Assembly: GCF_009914755.1 (NCBI RefSeq)
Contig: NC_060936.1
Direction: 5' to 3' (one strand)
Length of the DNA stretch: 64,000 nt
Origin: the human T2T-CHM13v2.0 reference genome, Homo sapiens
In this document: positions 15,139 through 30,195 of the stretch, one piece after another
How the letters are laid out: every line of letters begins with the position of its first letter
Position numbering within the stretch: the stretch's first letter is position 1
Notes under the pieces: model-generated
What the model saw: the letters and a program-made list of their open reading frames with translations, nothing else
Databases searched by the model: none
Told to the model about the DNA's origin: nothing
Made by a program: the position numbers and the translations under genes

Positions 15139-15450
15139 ATGGGCGTCTTCTGCCTTGGGCCGTGGGGGTTGGGCCGGAAGCTGCGGACGCCTGGGAAGGG
15201 GCCGCTGCAGCTCTTGAGCCGCCTCTGCGGGGACCACTTGCAGGCCATCCCAGCCAAGAAGGCCCCGGCTGGGCAGGAGGAGCCTGGGACGCCGCCCTCC
15301 TCGCCGCTGAGTGCCGAGCAGTTGGACCGGATCCAGAGGAACAAGGCCGCGGCCCTGCTCAGACTCGCGGCCCGCAACGTGCCCGTGGGCTTTGGAGAGA
15401 GCTGGAAGAAGCACCTCAGCGGGGAGTTCGGGAAACCGTATTTTATCAAG
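15139..15450 (+). CDS. UNG: UNG exon 1B: UNG1 mitochondrial presequence (15139-15243) plus shared part (15244-15450)
   Basis: MGVFCLGPWGLGRKLRTPGKGPLQLLSRLCGDHLQ (35 aa), then internal acceptor CAG|GCC used by exon 1A. Contains the RPA-binding RIQRNKAAALLRLAAR; donor GTAAAT at 15451. Confidence 0.97.
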
Positions 15451-16000
15451 GTAAATATGGAAATGCACCTTCCATAAGGGTAAATGTGGAGGCTGCCGGC
15501 CCTTTTGTCTTGTTAGTGTAGCCGGCCAAGTTCATGTTTCCGTAGGCTTAGGTTGTACCCCCTTCAACCTCCTTTACTCACAAAGGGGGTAAAAGAAAGC
15601 CATGATGTTTCACTCTGCAGCTTTATATTGGTTAAAGTTGTTAACGACCCGCGAGATGATATCATGGATTCATTTAAGTCACATAGTCTATTGTCCAGGA
15701 AAGGCTGGCGTAGTAAAATCACCAACCATCCTGAATGAAACCTGGCTTGAGCTTTAAAAAGCCGAGAGGAGTGGCACTGTCAGGACCCAGCCCAGAGAAA
15801 GAGGCAAGGAATTGACCTGATTGAACCACTTAGGTGGGGGGGCAGGCACTGTTTTTGTTTGTTGTTTTTTAAAAGAATTTGGACATAACATGACAAAGAA
15901 CTAATGATGTTCCAAATAACTTGCACTAGAAGCTTTCTTATTGAATTCTTATGGTTTCCAATGAGAATCTGATTTTAAGTCTAGTTTATCTTTAAATCAG

Positions 16001-16096
16001 CTAATGGGATTTGTTGCAGAAGAAAGAAAGCATTACACTGTTTATCCACCCCCACACCAAGTCTTCACCTGGACCCAGATGTGTGACATAAAAGAT
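16001..16096 (+). CDS. UNG: UNG coding exon
   Basis: tttaaatcag acceptor, LMGFVAEERKHYTVYPPPHQVFTWTQMCDIKD, GTAAGT donor. Confidence 0.96.
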
Positions 16097-16542
16097 GTAA
16101 GTACAACTTGTTGATAATTTTTATTGGGGAGAAGGAGTCAAATAGTATTTTTAAATTAGGGACACTGGAGTTAAGCCACAGTCCATCATTCAGTAGTAAA
16201 TAAAACACTGAAATCCCGAGGTTTGGCTGACTGTATTTCAGCCTGTATTTACTCTTTTTAATGTTTACCACGTGGTATTTATGTGGCAAAAAGGAAAACT
16301 ATGTACATCCTGTGCTCTTATTTCTTGTATTTTTTTTAAATCCTGAAACTAACCTCCCGCGGTGTCAGATGTTATGGTGGTGGTGAAGTTCAAACTGACA
16401 CACAAAGCAGTTAAATCTTTTGCAGCTTGTTATAGTCAACCCCACCTTGACCTGACCACACTGCCTTATAGTTAGCACTTTCAAGCTCTTGACTTCTGGC
16501 CTGAACAGTTTTGTGGTTCTGTTATCAGATCCCTTTGCTTTA

Positions 16543-16909
<367 letters not shown>

Positions 16910-17873
16910 CTATGAAAGCAGAGCAACCCTCTTTAAATAGGGCCACGTCCTACCTCTCAGCCTTACCTCCACCTCCCACTCTCCCACTCCAGAGTTGGAC
17001 AGTGTGGCAAACCCCTCCCCACTTCTGTCTCTTAAAAATCAAGTAGATGCCTCTGTGGCACCTCCTTGAATTGAAGTCCGTTGCCTGCCACCTCTGTGAT
17101 CCAGTTTTCCTCTGAGCTGCTACGATGCATTTAGCACCTGCTGACACTGGACTTTTAGGTTTCTTACCCGTTTTCCTCCCCCGTTTTGTAAACTGGGGCA
17201 AGAATCTTGTGATTTAATGAATATCTGTGAAATGACATAGAAGTGAAATAGGTGAATAAATCATCTTGATAAGGCAGCCACACCTAATACTTAGAAAATC
17301 TCGTAAGCTTAATTTTAGAGTAAGAATTTAGAATCTAGCTCTTTGGTTTTGAAGCTAAATTAAATCCTATTAAGATCAATACTAATTTGCTTCTTGTTTG
17401 AATGCCCTATTCTGAATACCAGTAATCAGTATAAACAGGGAATATTAAAAGGAATATTTTGAGGGAATGCTCAAAAACCAGTTTCAAACCTATGAGGATC
17501 AGATGGGCCAGCAGGGCTTCTTGACAGACCAGCATTGGGAGAGTTGTTTCACAAGAGAATATGTTGGCATGGTGTGAACACCAAGGGGAGGGACAAGAGG
17601 TCCCCAAAAGCCTCCTGGTCATGGAACATCTGGAGCTGGATTCTGAAAGATAGAGTATGTCAGCTGTGGAGGAAGATTCTAAGAACGCAATGGCAGAAGC
17701 TTGAGAATGAAGACTAGGTGGGTGGGCCCTGGATGGGAAGGACGAGGCGGCCTATGTTTCAACACCTCCCGTGACAGGAACTTCATTTCATTTCATTGTC
17801 TCTTGCCACCTACTCCCATGGCCCTTTTGATCTGACCTCATTCTCTTCTGGCTCCACCTGTTAGAGGATATAG

Positions 17874-18136
<263 letters not shown>

Positions 18137-18238
18137 TGATCTGCCTACCTCGGCCTCCCAAAGTGCTGGGATTACAGGCGTGAGCCACCATGCCAGGCCC
18201 TAAATTGCTTTAATTCATCGAAAAGTAACTGGGGGCTA

Positions 18239-18525
<287 letters not shown>

Positions 18526-18711
18526 TTAAAAAAGCAGCTAGGTACATATCTTTACAAGTTTAAAATACGCTTAGCCTTTGACCAGCAACTCTGCTATTAG
18601 CAATCTATGCCATAGAAGTGTTTTATTTGTTTTGTTTATGTTTGTTTGAGGCAGGGTCTGTGCTGCTTACATTACAGTATTGTTTAATTCCTGACCCCTG
18701 GTGGTTCACAG

Positions 18712-18809
18712 GTGAAGGTTGTCATCCTGGGACAGGATCCATATCATGGACCTAATCAAGCTCACGGGCTCTGCTTTAGTGTTCAAAGGCCTGTTCCGCC
18801 TCCGCCCAG
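18712..18809 (+). CDS. UNG: UNG coding exon (catalytic GQDPY, PPPP loop)
   Basis: [32 protein letters not shown]; AG/GT boundaries; 98 nt. Confidence 0.97.
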
Positions 18810-18917
18810 GTACAGTTGCTTTACAGGTGACTGCAGTCCAGACATGATTCCTTTCAGATGTGTACTTAGCTTATTACAAGTGGGACTATCTGGGGCACTG
18901 TTCACTAGCCTTGGAGG

Positions 18918-19445
<528 letters not shown>

Positions 19446-19648
19446 CTAAAGTAAAGGTCTTTGGCAGAGTCACCTGTTAGAAGGAGGACTGGCAGTGTTG
19501 ATCTCATTAATCGGCGCCATATGTGCCAGTGTCCCTTCCAAGGGCTGGCTGTAACTTCTAACCTTTTCACATATGTCTTAGACGTTACTGAGCTTTCAAA
19601 ATTATGCTTAAGATTCTGTTTTTTGTTTTTCTTGTGGCTTGCTTTCAG

Positions 19649-19737
19649 TTTGGAGAACATTTATAAAGAGTTGTCTACAGACATAGAGGATTTTGTTCAT
19701 CCTGGCCATGGAGATTTATCTGGGTGGGCCAAGCAAG
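19649..19737 (+). CDS. UNG: UNG coding exon
   Basis: [29 protein letters not shown]; acceptor gctttcag, donor GTAAGC; 89 nt. Confidence 0.97.
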
Positions 19738-19756
19738 GTAAGCCAGCGACTGCTAG

Positions 19757-19885
<129 letters not shown>

Positions 19886-19928
19886 TGAGTAGCTGGGACC
19901 ACAGGCATGAGCCACCATAGCTGGCTAA

Positions 19929-20078
<150 letters not shown>

Positions 20079-20242
20079 TGATGGTAGTGGCTGCTGCCAT
20101 TATGCCGGCTGCAGCAGGGAAGCACAGCTTGCTACACTGGATCCCATCAAGCATTGGTTTCATCATGGATTTAGCCCCTGTTGCTGGGTATTGGGCTGAT
20201 TTGCCTGAGCCTACATTTAACCTGTTTCTCTCATGTGTATAG

Positions 20243-20421
20243 GTGTTCTCCTTCTCAACGCTGTCCTCACGGTTCGTGCCCATCAAGCCAACTCTCATAA
20301 GGAGCGAGGCTGGGAGCAGTTCACTGATGCAGTTGTGTCCTGGCTAAATCAGAACTCGAATGGCCTTGTTTTCTTGCTCTGGGGCTCTTATGCTCAGAAG
20401 AAGGGCAGTGCCATTGATAGG
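20243..20421 (+). CDS. UNG: UNG coding exon (LLLN uracil-specificity motif, WGS)
   Basis: [28 protein letters not shown]...[16 protein letters not shown]; donor GTATGT; 179 nt. Confidence 0.97.
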
Positions 20422-23350
20422 GTATGTTTTGTTTTCTTTCTTTTTTTTCTTTTTTTTTTAACACTATAAAAACAATGTAAAGAATTCTAGGAGTCCCTGC
20501 TGTGTTTGGTCCTGGAAAATCCATGTTATAAAATAACTTTTATTTTCCCTTAGGCCTGTTATAAGGGTTTCCCATTGAAAACTGAGAAGAATTTGGACAA
20601 ATTATAGGGGTGATGAGTTGTGTATGAGGAAAGCAAAGCAACTGGCCAACTTGTGACTGAATGCAGTTGGTGCTGTAGGCATGAACTTGGTGTCTACAAG
20701 ATACAAGTCCCTGGGTACCATTCACTTAACAAGTGATGGATGAGGCATGTTTCTGGCTTCCAAGAAATTTGGGAACATATAGAAAACACAAAGAATTCCA
20801 CTCAATCACAAATTTAACTTGCCCATGAAAATACTATCAGTGATCATTATTGTTTTGTTTCTGGGTTTTTTGTTTTTTGATGGAGTCTCGCTCTGTTGCC
20901 CAGGCTGTAGTGCAGTGGTATGATTTTGGCTCACTGCAACCTCCGCCTGCTGGGTTTAAGTGATTCTGCCTCAGCCTCCCGAGTAGCTGGGACTACAGGC
21001 GCCCGCCACCACACCCGGCTGATTTTTTTTTATTTTTTAGTAGAGACAGGGTTTCACCATGTTGGCCAGGCTGGTTTTGAACTCCTGACCTCAAGCGATC
21101 TGTCCTCCTCAACCTCCAAAGTGCTAGGATTACAGGCATGAGCCACCACACCCGGCCTATCGGTGATCATTATTAACCCCAAGGTCTAATTGCAGATACC
21201 CAACACGACCAAACCAGTGGCTCCCCTCCCTACATCTTCCCCCTATCTGCTACCTCCCTCTTTCCCTTCACTCACTGAAGCACTTCTACACCTGGTTGTG
21301 GAAATCAGAGACCTAAAAGTCATCCTTGAATCCTCCATCCCATCAGTAAATCCCATCAACTCTGCCTCCCAAAACACCCCAGTCTACTGCTTCTCATTCG
21401 CCACTGCTGCCCTTCAGGCATGAGTCACCATCATCTTTCTCCAGGAGAACCGTGATGGACTAGAGATGGAGGCTTGATGGAGAGCCGCAGAGTGGAGGAG
21501 GGAGAGATAGGGGGTGGGAAGGAGACGAGCCAGGGGTGTGTTCATCCCTGGCAAATGGGAGAGACATTGGGTGGGGGAGAAATTATAGAGTAAATGCTTC
21601 AATGATCGAAGGCAAGGGCTTAGCAGAGGTAACCTGACAATAGTTTTTGGTGTATCAGCAGGAGGTAACGGGGGTATCAGAAATGTGCACGTATATTTAA
21701 CCCCTACCTTGTGTGGGTACTAGGTTGAGCACTTTTGTTTTTTGAGATGGAGTCTTTCTGTCACCCAGGCTGGAGTGCAGTGGCATGATCTCGGCTCACT
21801 GCAACTTCGCCTCCTGGGTTCAAGCACTTCTCCTGCCTCAGCCTCCTGAGTAGCTAGGATTACAGTTGCCTGCCACCACACCCAGCTAATATTTTTTATT
21901 TTTAGTAGAGACTGGGTTTCACCATGTTGACAAGGCTGGTCTTGAACTCCTGACCTCAAGCGATCCTCCCATCTTGGTCTCCCAAAGTGCTAGGATTACA
22001 GATGTAAGCCACCGCACCCGACCAGGTTGAGTACTTTGCATGCAGAATCTTACTTAACTCTCAGAAAGGCTTTGAGGTAGGCATACACTTGTATGAGTGA
22101 CCTAAGATCTGACTGGTATGAACTGCTAAGATGTGATCATCTAGGTATGTAAGAAGTGTGCGTGAGAGTAATTGCTAATCTCTATCCCTTAGGGAGGTTT
22201 ACGGCCAGTGTTGCTCTTCCGCAGTATATTGGTAATCTTTAATCATGGTTTGGTCTGAAAGTAAACAGTTGTTAAAGTAGCTTGGTCATTAAAGCCAAAT
22301 TGCATATCTCCAGCCCAGTGTCTCTTCTGATCTATAGAGTGCCTTGTTACTACTGCCCCATGAACATGCCAAATTCAACATTTTCCAAACGAAGTTTCTC
22401 CTTTTCTCATCCATGCTTCACTAAACTTCCTCCTCTGCACTCCCTAGCAGCAAAAAGCACCATCATCTGCCCAGTTGTCCAGCCAGATCTATTACTGACA
22501 CCTGCCTACCTCTCTTTCTCCCCTCTTCTGTCCTTTTTTTCCACCTTCCCAGTCAGTCAGTCATTCATATCTGTGTTCTTTCTTCCCCCTCCAAATCTAC
22601 CCCTGCCTGACCACCTTTGCCTTCATTCAGGCCCTCACCTGATCTTGCCTGGAGGGTTCTGATGCTTTCTCCCTGGAAGGCCTTGCCTTAGGCTGAAGAT
22701 CTGATTTCAGGGGGGTAGGGGGGTGGCCCCCAATCGGCCTCCCAGACTTAACTCTATCCCTCTTTGCACTCCGATCCCTAGGCTGACCCATTCCCCTTTA
22801 CTTTTTCACGGTGCCCCACTTCCCTGCCTTTGCATATCCTGCTTTCTCTGCCTACAGTGTAGAGGTCATTTTCTTCTGGGATTCTTTAGAGCTCTGCAGG
22901 GCTGACATTTACAGGGGCCTGTGCTGCTTGCGTGTGTGTTCAGCATTTGGTGTGCATGACTTCTTATCACACTCAGCCCCTGTGATCCTCATTTGATTGG
23001 TCACAGTAACTTCATAAGCTGGGCGGTATTGTTATTCCCAGTCTACAGATGAAAACTGAAGCAGCTTAGAGTTGCAGCAACTTCTCTGTGGTACAGCTAC
23101 TGAGGGTAGAGGTAGGCCTCGACCCCGGGCAGTCTGGCTCCAGGCTCTGTACTCTTAACCACACTGGATTGCCTGGCTTTAGTCCTCACCCCTCATCGCC
23201 CCTCCTGGACTGAGCCCCTTGAAGGCAAGAGTGTTTTGAGAAACAGTGATTTGTTCGTTAGTTTTTATATACAGAAAAGAAGAGGAAAACAAAAATGGTC
23301 TATATCTCCCTGTTAAAATAACTATAGTTGATATTTTAAAAAAATCAAAG

Positions 23351-24251
23351 TAGTCATTTGCCACATAATGATGTTTCAGTCATAAACTGTATATATGACG
23401 ATGGTCCCATAAGATTATAATATTCTGGCCGGGTGTGGTGGCTCATACCTGTTATCCCAGCACTTTGGGTGGCCGAGGCGAGTGGATTGTCTGAGCTCAG
23501 GAGTTTGAGACCAGCCTGGGCAACATAGTGAAACCCTGTCTCTACTAAAATACAAAAAATTAGCCAGGTGTGGCGGCGTGTGCCTGTAGTCCCAGCTACT
23601 TGGGAGGCAGAGGTTGCAGTTAGCTGAGATCATGCCACTGCACTCCAGCCTGGCAACAGAGTGAGACTCTATCTCAAAAAAAAAACATATATATATATAC
23701 ACATATATATATACGTATATATATATACACATATATATATACGTATATATATATATGTGTATATATATATATACGTATATATATGTGTATATATATATAC
23801 GTATATATATGTGTATATATATATGTTTTTTTTTGAGATAGATATATGTATATATATATATACGTATATATATATGTGTATATATATATACGTATATATA
23901 TGTATATATATGTGTATATATATATGTATATATATGTGTATATATATATATACGTATATATATATGTGTATATATATATATATAAAAAATATTTTTACTG
24001 CATCTTTTCTATGTTTAGATACACAAATGCCTACCATTGTGTCACAGTTGCCTATAGTATTTAGTACAGTAACATGCTACACAGGTTTGTAGACCAGGAG
24101 CAATAAGCTACACTATATAGCCTAGGTGTGTAGTGGTAGGTTATCCCATTTGGGTTTGTGTAAAGATGCCCTGTGGTGTACGGATAGCAGTGAAATTGCC
24201 TAACAACACACTTCTCAGAATGCATCCCTGTCATTAGGTGATGTATGACTA
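23351..24251 (+). mobile_element. Tigger3a/MER7-like TcMar MITE interrupted by an Alu and a TA repeat
   Basis: tagtcatttgccacataatgatgtttc...ggtcccataagattataat, resuming atttttactg...tttagatacacaaat...cttctcagaatgcatccctgtcattaggtgatgtatgacta. Confidence 0.75.
23686..23983. repeat. ~300-bp (TA)n-rich compound microsatellite with CACA/CG/GTG interruptions
   Basis: Seen directly; grows out of an Alu A-tail. Confidence 0.95.
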
Positions 24252-24679
24252 TTGCTTTTTTTCTTTTGAAACAGGGTCTAGCTCTGTCACCCAGGCTGGA
24301 ATGCACTGGCTTGATCTCAACTCACTGCGGCCTCAACCTCCCAGGCTCAAGCAATCCTCCCACCTTAGTCACCTGAGTAGCAGGGACCACAGGCGTGCGC
24401 CACCACACCTGGCTAATTTTTGTATTTTTTTTTGTGGAGACAGGGTTTCACCACGTTGCCCAGGCTGGCTCTTGAACTCCTGGACTTAAACGATCCTCCT
24501 GCCTCGGCCTCCCAAAGTGCTGGGATTACAGGCGTGAGCTACCACACCTGGCCACTGACTATTCCTCTTTTTTTTTTTTTTTTTTTTTTTTCTGAGACAG
24601 TTTCACTCTTGTTGCCCAGGCTGGAGTGCAATGGCGTGATCTCAGTTCACTGCAGCCTCCCCCTCCTGGGTTCAAGTGA

Positions 24680-24922
<243 letters not shown>

Positions 24923-25280
24923 TAATTCTTCCTTCTTAGGAGCTGTAAGACTATTCAGAGAGTTCAGAAAGGCACAAAATGGAAAGTAAATGGCTTCCAC
25001 TCTTTCTCTTAAAGGAACTACTAAATACAGTGTCTTGGGTATTTTTCTAAAGTTTTTAAAAAATGAAATTATTTTGCATTTTGTTCACTTGGTAAATTTT
25101 GGAGGTCATCTCATCAGTATATTTATCTTTCGCATGTTTTTCTAGGAGTTATGTGGTTTTACATTGTAAGAACTTTAGAAAAATACATTTAGCCAGTTCT
25201 GTAACACTGAATTGTATACTAGGTTTTAGCTGACATAAGCAGTGTGTCAGTCCCTTTATATGTACCTATTTGTGTAGGTA

Positions 25281-26242
25281 CAACTGGTCCCTGGCTTATG
25301 AAGTTTGACCTGATTTTTTTCGACTTTACAATGGTGTATAACCATACTTTGAGCACTCACACGTTGTTTTTTTTTCTTTCTTTAAGAGACAGGGTCTCTT
25401 GGCTGGGAGCAGTGGCTCACGCCTGTAATCCCAACACTTTGAGAGGCCAGGGTGGCGGATCACTTGAGCTCAGGGGTTTGAGAACAGCCTGGGCAACATA
25501 GTGAGACCTTGTCTCTAAAAAACACAAAAAATTAGCCTGGTGTAGTGGCACGCACCTGTGGTCCCAGGTACTCAGGAGGCTGAGGTGGGAGAGTAACTTG
25601 AGCCTAGGAGGTGGAGGCTACAGTGGGCCACAGTCATGCCACTACACTCTAGCCTGGGTGACAGAGTAAGACCCCATCTCAAAAAATAAAAAATTAAAAA
25701 AAAAGATCTTGCTCTGTCACCCAGGCTGGAGTGCAGTGGCACAATTATAGCTTTTTGCAGCCTCGAACTCCTGGGCTCAAGTGATCCTGCCACCTCAGTC
25801 TTCTGTGTAGCTAGGACTGCAGGTGCATGCCATCACACTTGGCTAACTTTTTAATTTTTTTGTAGAGATGGGGTCTCGCTATGTTGCCTCAGTTGGTTGT
25901 AAACTCTTGGTCCCATGCAGTTGTCCTACCTTGGCCTCCCAAAGCACTGGGATTACAGGTGTAAGCCACCGTGACTGGCCCCGTTCTATTTTTCACTTTC
26001 AGTACAGTGTTCAATGAGTTACATGAGGTACTAAACACTTCATTGTAAAAGAAGCTTTGTTTTGCCCAGCTGTAGGCTAATGTAGGTGTTCTGAGCATGT
26101 TTAAGGTAGGGTAGGTTAAGCTATGATGTTCAGCAGGTTATATGTCATAAATATATCTTCAACTTAGGATATTTTCTACTTAGGATGGGTTTTCCAAGAT
26201 GTTAACCCCATCCATTGTGTTAATAAGTTGAGGAGTTTATCT
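25281..26242 (-). mobile_element. Tigger-type MITE (MER47/Tigger5-like) interrupted by nested Alus
   Basis: caactggtccctggcttatg...cgactttacaatggtg and tttcactttcagtacagtgttcaat...gttctgagcatgtttaaggtagg...taagttgaggag resemble the consensus in reverse. Confidence 0.6.
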
Positions 26243-26285
26243 GTGTGTGTATGCATCATGGTGTCCTTTAGCAAATACAGTCTTA

Positions 26286-26857
<572 letters not shown>

Positions 26858-26877
26858 TTATTCTTGATCTTTTTCAG

Positions 26878-27018
26878 AAGCGGCACCATGTACTACAGAC
26901 GGCTCATCCCTCCCCTTTGTCAGTGTATAGAGGGTTCTTTGGATGTAGACACTTTTCAAAGACCAATGAGCTGCTGCAGAAGTCTGGCAAGAAGCCCATT
27001 GACTGGAAGGAGCTGTGA
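26878..27018 (+). CDS. UNG: UNG last coding exon (HPSPLS intercalation loop)
   Basis: [49 protein letters not shown]; completes 313 aa (UNG2) and 304 aa (UNG1). Confidence 0.97.
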   Translation, partial: KRHHVLQTAHPSPLSVYRGFFGCRHFSKTNELLQKSGKKPIDWKEL

Positions 27019-28020
27019 TCATCAGCTGAGGGGTGGCCTTTGAGAAGCTGCTGTTAACGTATTTGCCAGTTACGAAGTTCCACTGAAAATTTTCCTATTA
27101 ATTCTTAAGTACTCTGCATAAGGGGGAAAAGCTTCCAGAAAGCAGCCATGAACCAGGCTGTCCAGGAATGGCAGCTGTATCCAACCACAAACAACAAAGG
27201 CTACCCTTTGACCAAATGTCTTTCTCTGCAACATGGCTTCGGCCTAAAATATGCAGAAGACAGATGAGGTCAAATACTCAGTTGGCTCTCTTTATCTCCC
27301 TTGCCTTTATGGTGAAACAGGGGAGATGTGCACCTTTCAGGCACAGCCCTAGTTTGGCGCCTGCTGCTCCTTGGTTTTGCCTGGTTAGACTTTCAGTGAC
27401 AGATGTTGGGGTGTTTTTGCTTAGAAAGGTCCCCTTGTCTCAGCCTTGCAGGGCAGGCATGCCAGTCTCTGCCAGTTCCACTGCCCCCTTGATCTTTGAA
27501 GGAGTCCTCAGGCCCCTCGCAGCATAAGGATGTTTTGCAACTTTCCAGAATCTGGCCCAGAAATTAGGGCTCAATTTCCTGATTGTAGTAGAGGTTAAGA
27601 TTGCTGTGAGCTTTATCAGATAAGAGACCGAGAGAAGTAAGCTGGGTCTTGTTATTCCTTGGGTGTTGGTGGAATAAGCAGTGGAATTTGAACAAGGAAG
27701 AGGAGAAAAGGGAATTTTGTCTTTATGGGGTGGGGTGATTTTCTCCTAGGGTTATGTCCAGTTGGGGTTTTTAAGGCAGCACAGACTGCCAAGTACTGTT
27801 TTTTTTAACCGACTGAAATCACTTTGGGATATTTTTTCCTGCAACACTGGAAAGTTTTAGTTTTTTAAGAAGTACTCATGCAGATATATATATATATATT
27901 TTTCCCAGTCCTTTTTTTAAGAGACGGTCTTTATTGGGTCTGCACCTCCATCCTTGATCTTGTTAGCAATGCTGTTTTTGCTGTTAGTCGGGTTAGAGTT
28001 GGCTCTACGCGAGGTTTGTT

Positions 28021-28026
28021 AATAAA
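28021..28026 (+). terminator. UNG: UNG polyadenylation signal AATAAA
   Basis: Canonical hexamer about 1 kb after the stop, followed by GT/T-rich gtttgttttgtg. Confidence 0.8.
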
Positions 28027-28059
28027 AGTTTGTTAAAAGTTTGTTTTGTGCAAGTGTCC

Positions 28060-28802
<743 letters not shown>

Positions 28803-29179
28803 TAAATGGGCAAGAAAGAATGCATCCAGCCAGAACCTCGAGACTAGCAAATGCATTTCTTAAAAGGGCAGGGAGGGAGACCAGAGTTTGCTTGAAAATA
28901 CTGCTTCCTTTCCTTATCTATGTAGGGAAGGGTTTATCATTCTACATTTTGTGGTCAGCAAGCTGGCTTTCACGGGAGGAGGATGCATGGTCGATTTGCC
29001 CTCTGGTAACTTTGGGATCTTCCTCTAAACAACAGTGGACTCCCTTAGCCAAGGAAGAAGTGAAGGGATAATTGTGCTTACACCAGTTAGCTTTTCACAC
29101 TTCTCTCTCTCCCGGTGCAGCACTGCCGGTAGGGGGAGCAGTGAGCTCCAAGTTTCCAGGAATAATTCAAAACACAATT

Positions 29180-29372
29180 ATTTTATATTTTAAAATATAA
29201 AATGTATATTTTAAATATATATACATACATTTCTATATAATATATACAAAAGTTCAATATACGTATATTGAATATATATGTATATAAGTTCAATATATAT
29301 GTATGTATATTCAATATATATGTATGTATATATGTATATATATTCAATATATATGTGTATATATTGAACTTT
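29180..29372. repeat. AT-rich low-complexity repeat built from TTCAATATATATG units with palindromes
   Basis: Seen directly; see findings. Confidence 0.85.
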
Positions 29373-29885
29373 AGTCATGTGGTGACACTTTAAACAGTAC
29401 ACAGAGCAGCTTCTGGGTCCATGACCCTCCAAAAATTTAATTACTGATTCTTTAGAAACTAGGCAACTCAGCCAGGTGTGGGGGCTCACGCCTGTAATCC
29501 CAGCACTTTGGGTGGCCGAGGTGGGTGGATCACCTGAGGTCGGGAGTTCAAGACCAGCCTGACCAGCATGGAGAAACCCTGTCTCCACTAAAAATACAAA
29601 ATTAGCCAGGCGTGGTGGCACATGCCTGTAATCCCAGCTACTTGGGAGGCTGAGGCAGGAGAATCACTTGAACCCGGGCGATCGCACCATTGCACTCCAG
29701 ACTGGGCAACAAGAGCATAAGAGCAAAACTCCGTCTCAAAAAAAAAAAAAAAAAAAAACCAACCAGGCAACTCATTTTGATGAACTCTTAGCTATGTGGT
29801 AGTTGCTTTTTTCATGTGTCAAGTCTGCTATATTCCTGCACTCAGTATGCAAAGATGCATAAAAGGCAGTCTTAGCCTTTTAGGT

Positions 29886-30195
29886 CAGCGGTTGGCAAAC
29901 TTTCTGTGAAGGGTCAGGTGGTAAATATTTGAGGGTTTGCAGTTACCCGTTCTCCGTGGGAACTGCTCAACAACTCACTGCAGAGAAAGCAGCCGTGGGC
30001 AAAACGTACAGGAACGGGCGAGGCTGTGTTCCAATAAAACTTTATTATTTATGGACACTGAAATTAGATTTTAATATGATTTTCATGTGTCACGAAATCT
30101 TTTTTTTTCCTAAGCATTTAACAAATGTAAAAACCACTCCTAGCTTGGGAGCTATTGGAAAACAGGCATCTGGAACCACAGTCTGCAGACCCCTG
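29886..30195 (+). mobile_element. MER58B-like hAT-Charlie MITE
   Basis: cagcggttggcaaac...ggctgtgttccaataaaactttatt...tgcagacccctg. Confidence 0.75.

Larger units (their letters stand above)
14270..15450. promoter_or_regulatory. UNG: UNG CpG island with promoter PA (UNG2) and promoter PB (UNG1)
   Basis: PA: NRF1-like CATGCGCA (~14331), GC boxes and E2F/CCAAT TTGGCGCCAAT (14401-14411). PB: CACGTG at 14752 and 14937, CCAAT at 14808/14839/14880, E2F-like TTTGCCGCGAAA at 14921-14932, and GC boxes. Confidence 0.85.

Noticed and set aside
14884-15468. 194-aa antisense ORF over UNG exon 1B
   Set aside because: Shadow ORF of GC-rich coding and promoter DNA; no supporting gene structure.
23661-24092. 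Tyr/Ile-rich ORFs on both strands
   Set aside because: Translation of the (TA)n microsatellite.
29249-29372. Repeated TTCAATATA units resembling a spaced repeat array
   Set aside because: Spacers are themselves TA/TG low-complexity and irregular; human DNA with no cas genes, so not CRISPR-like.
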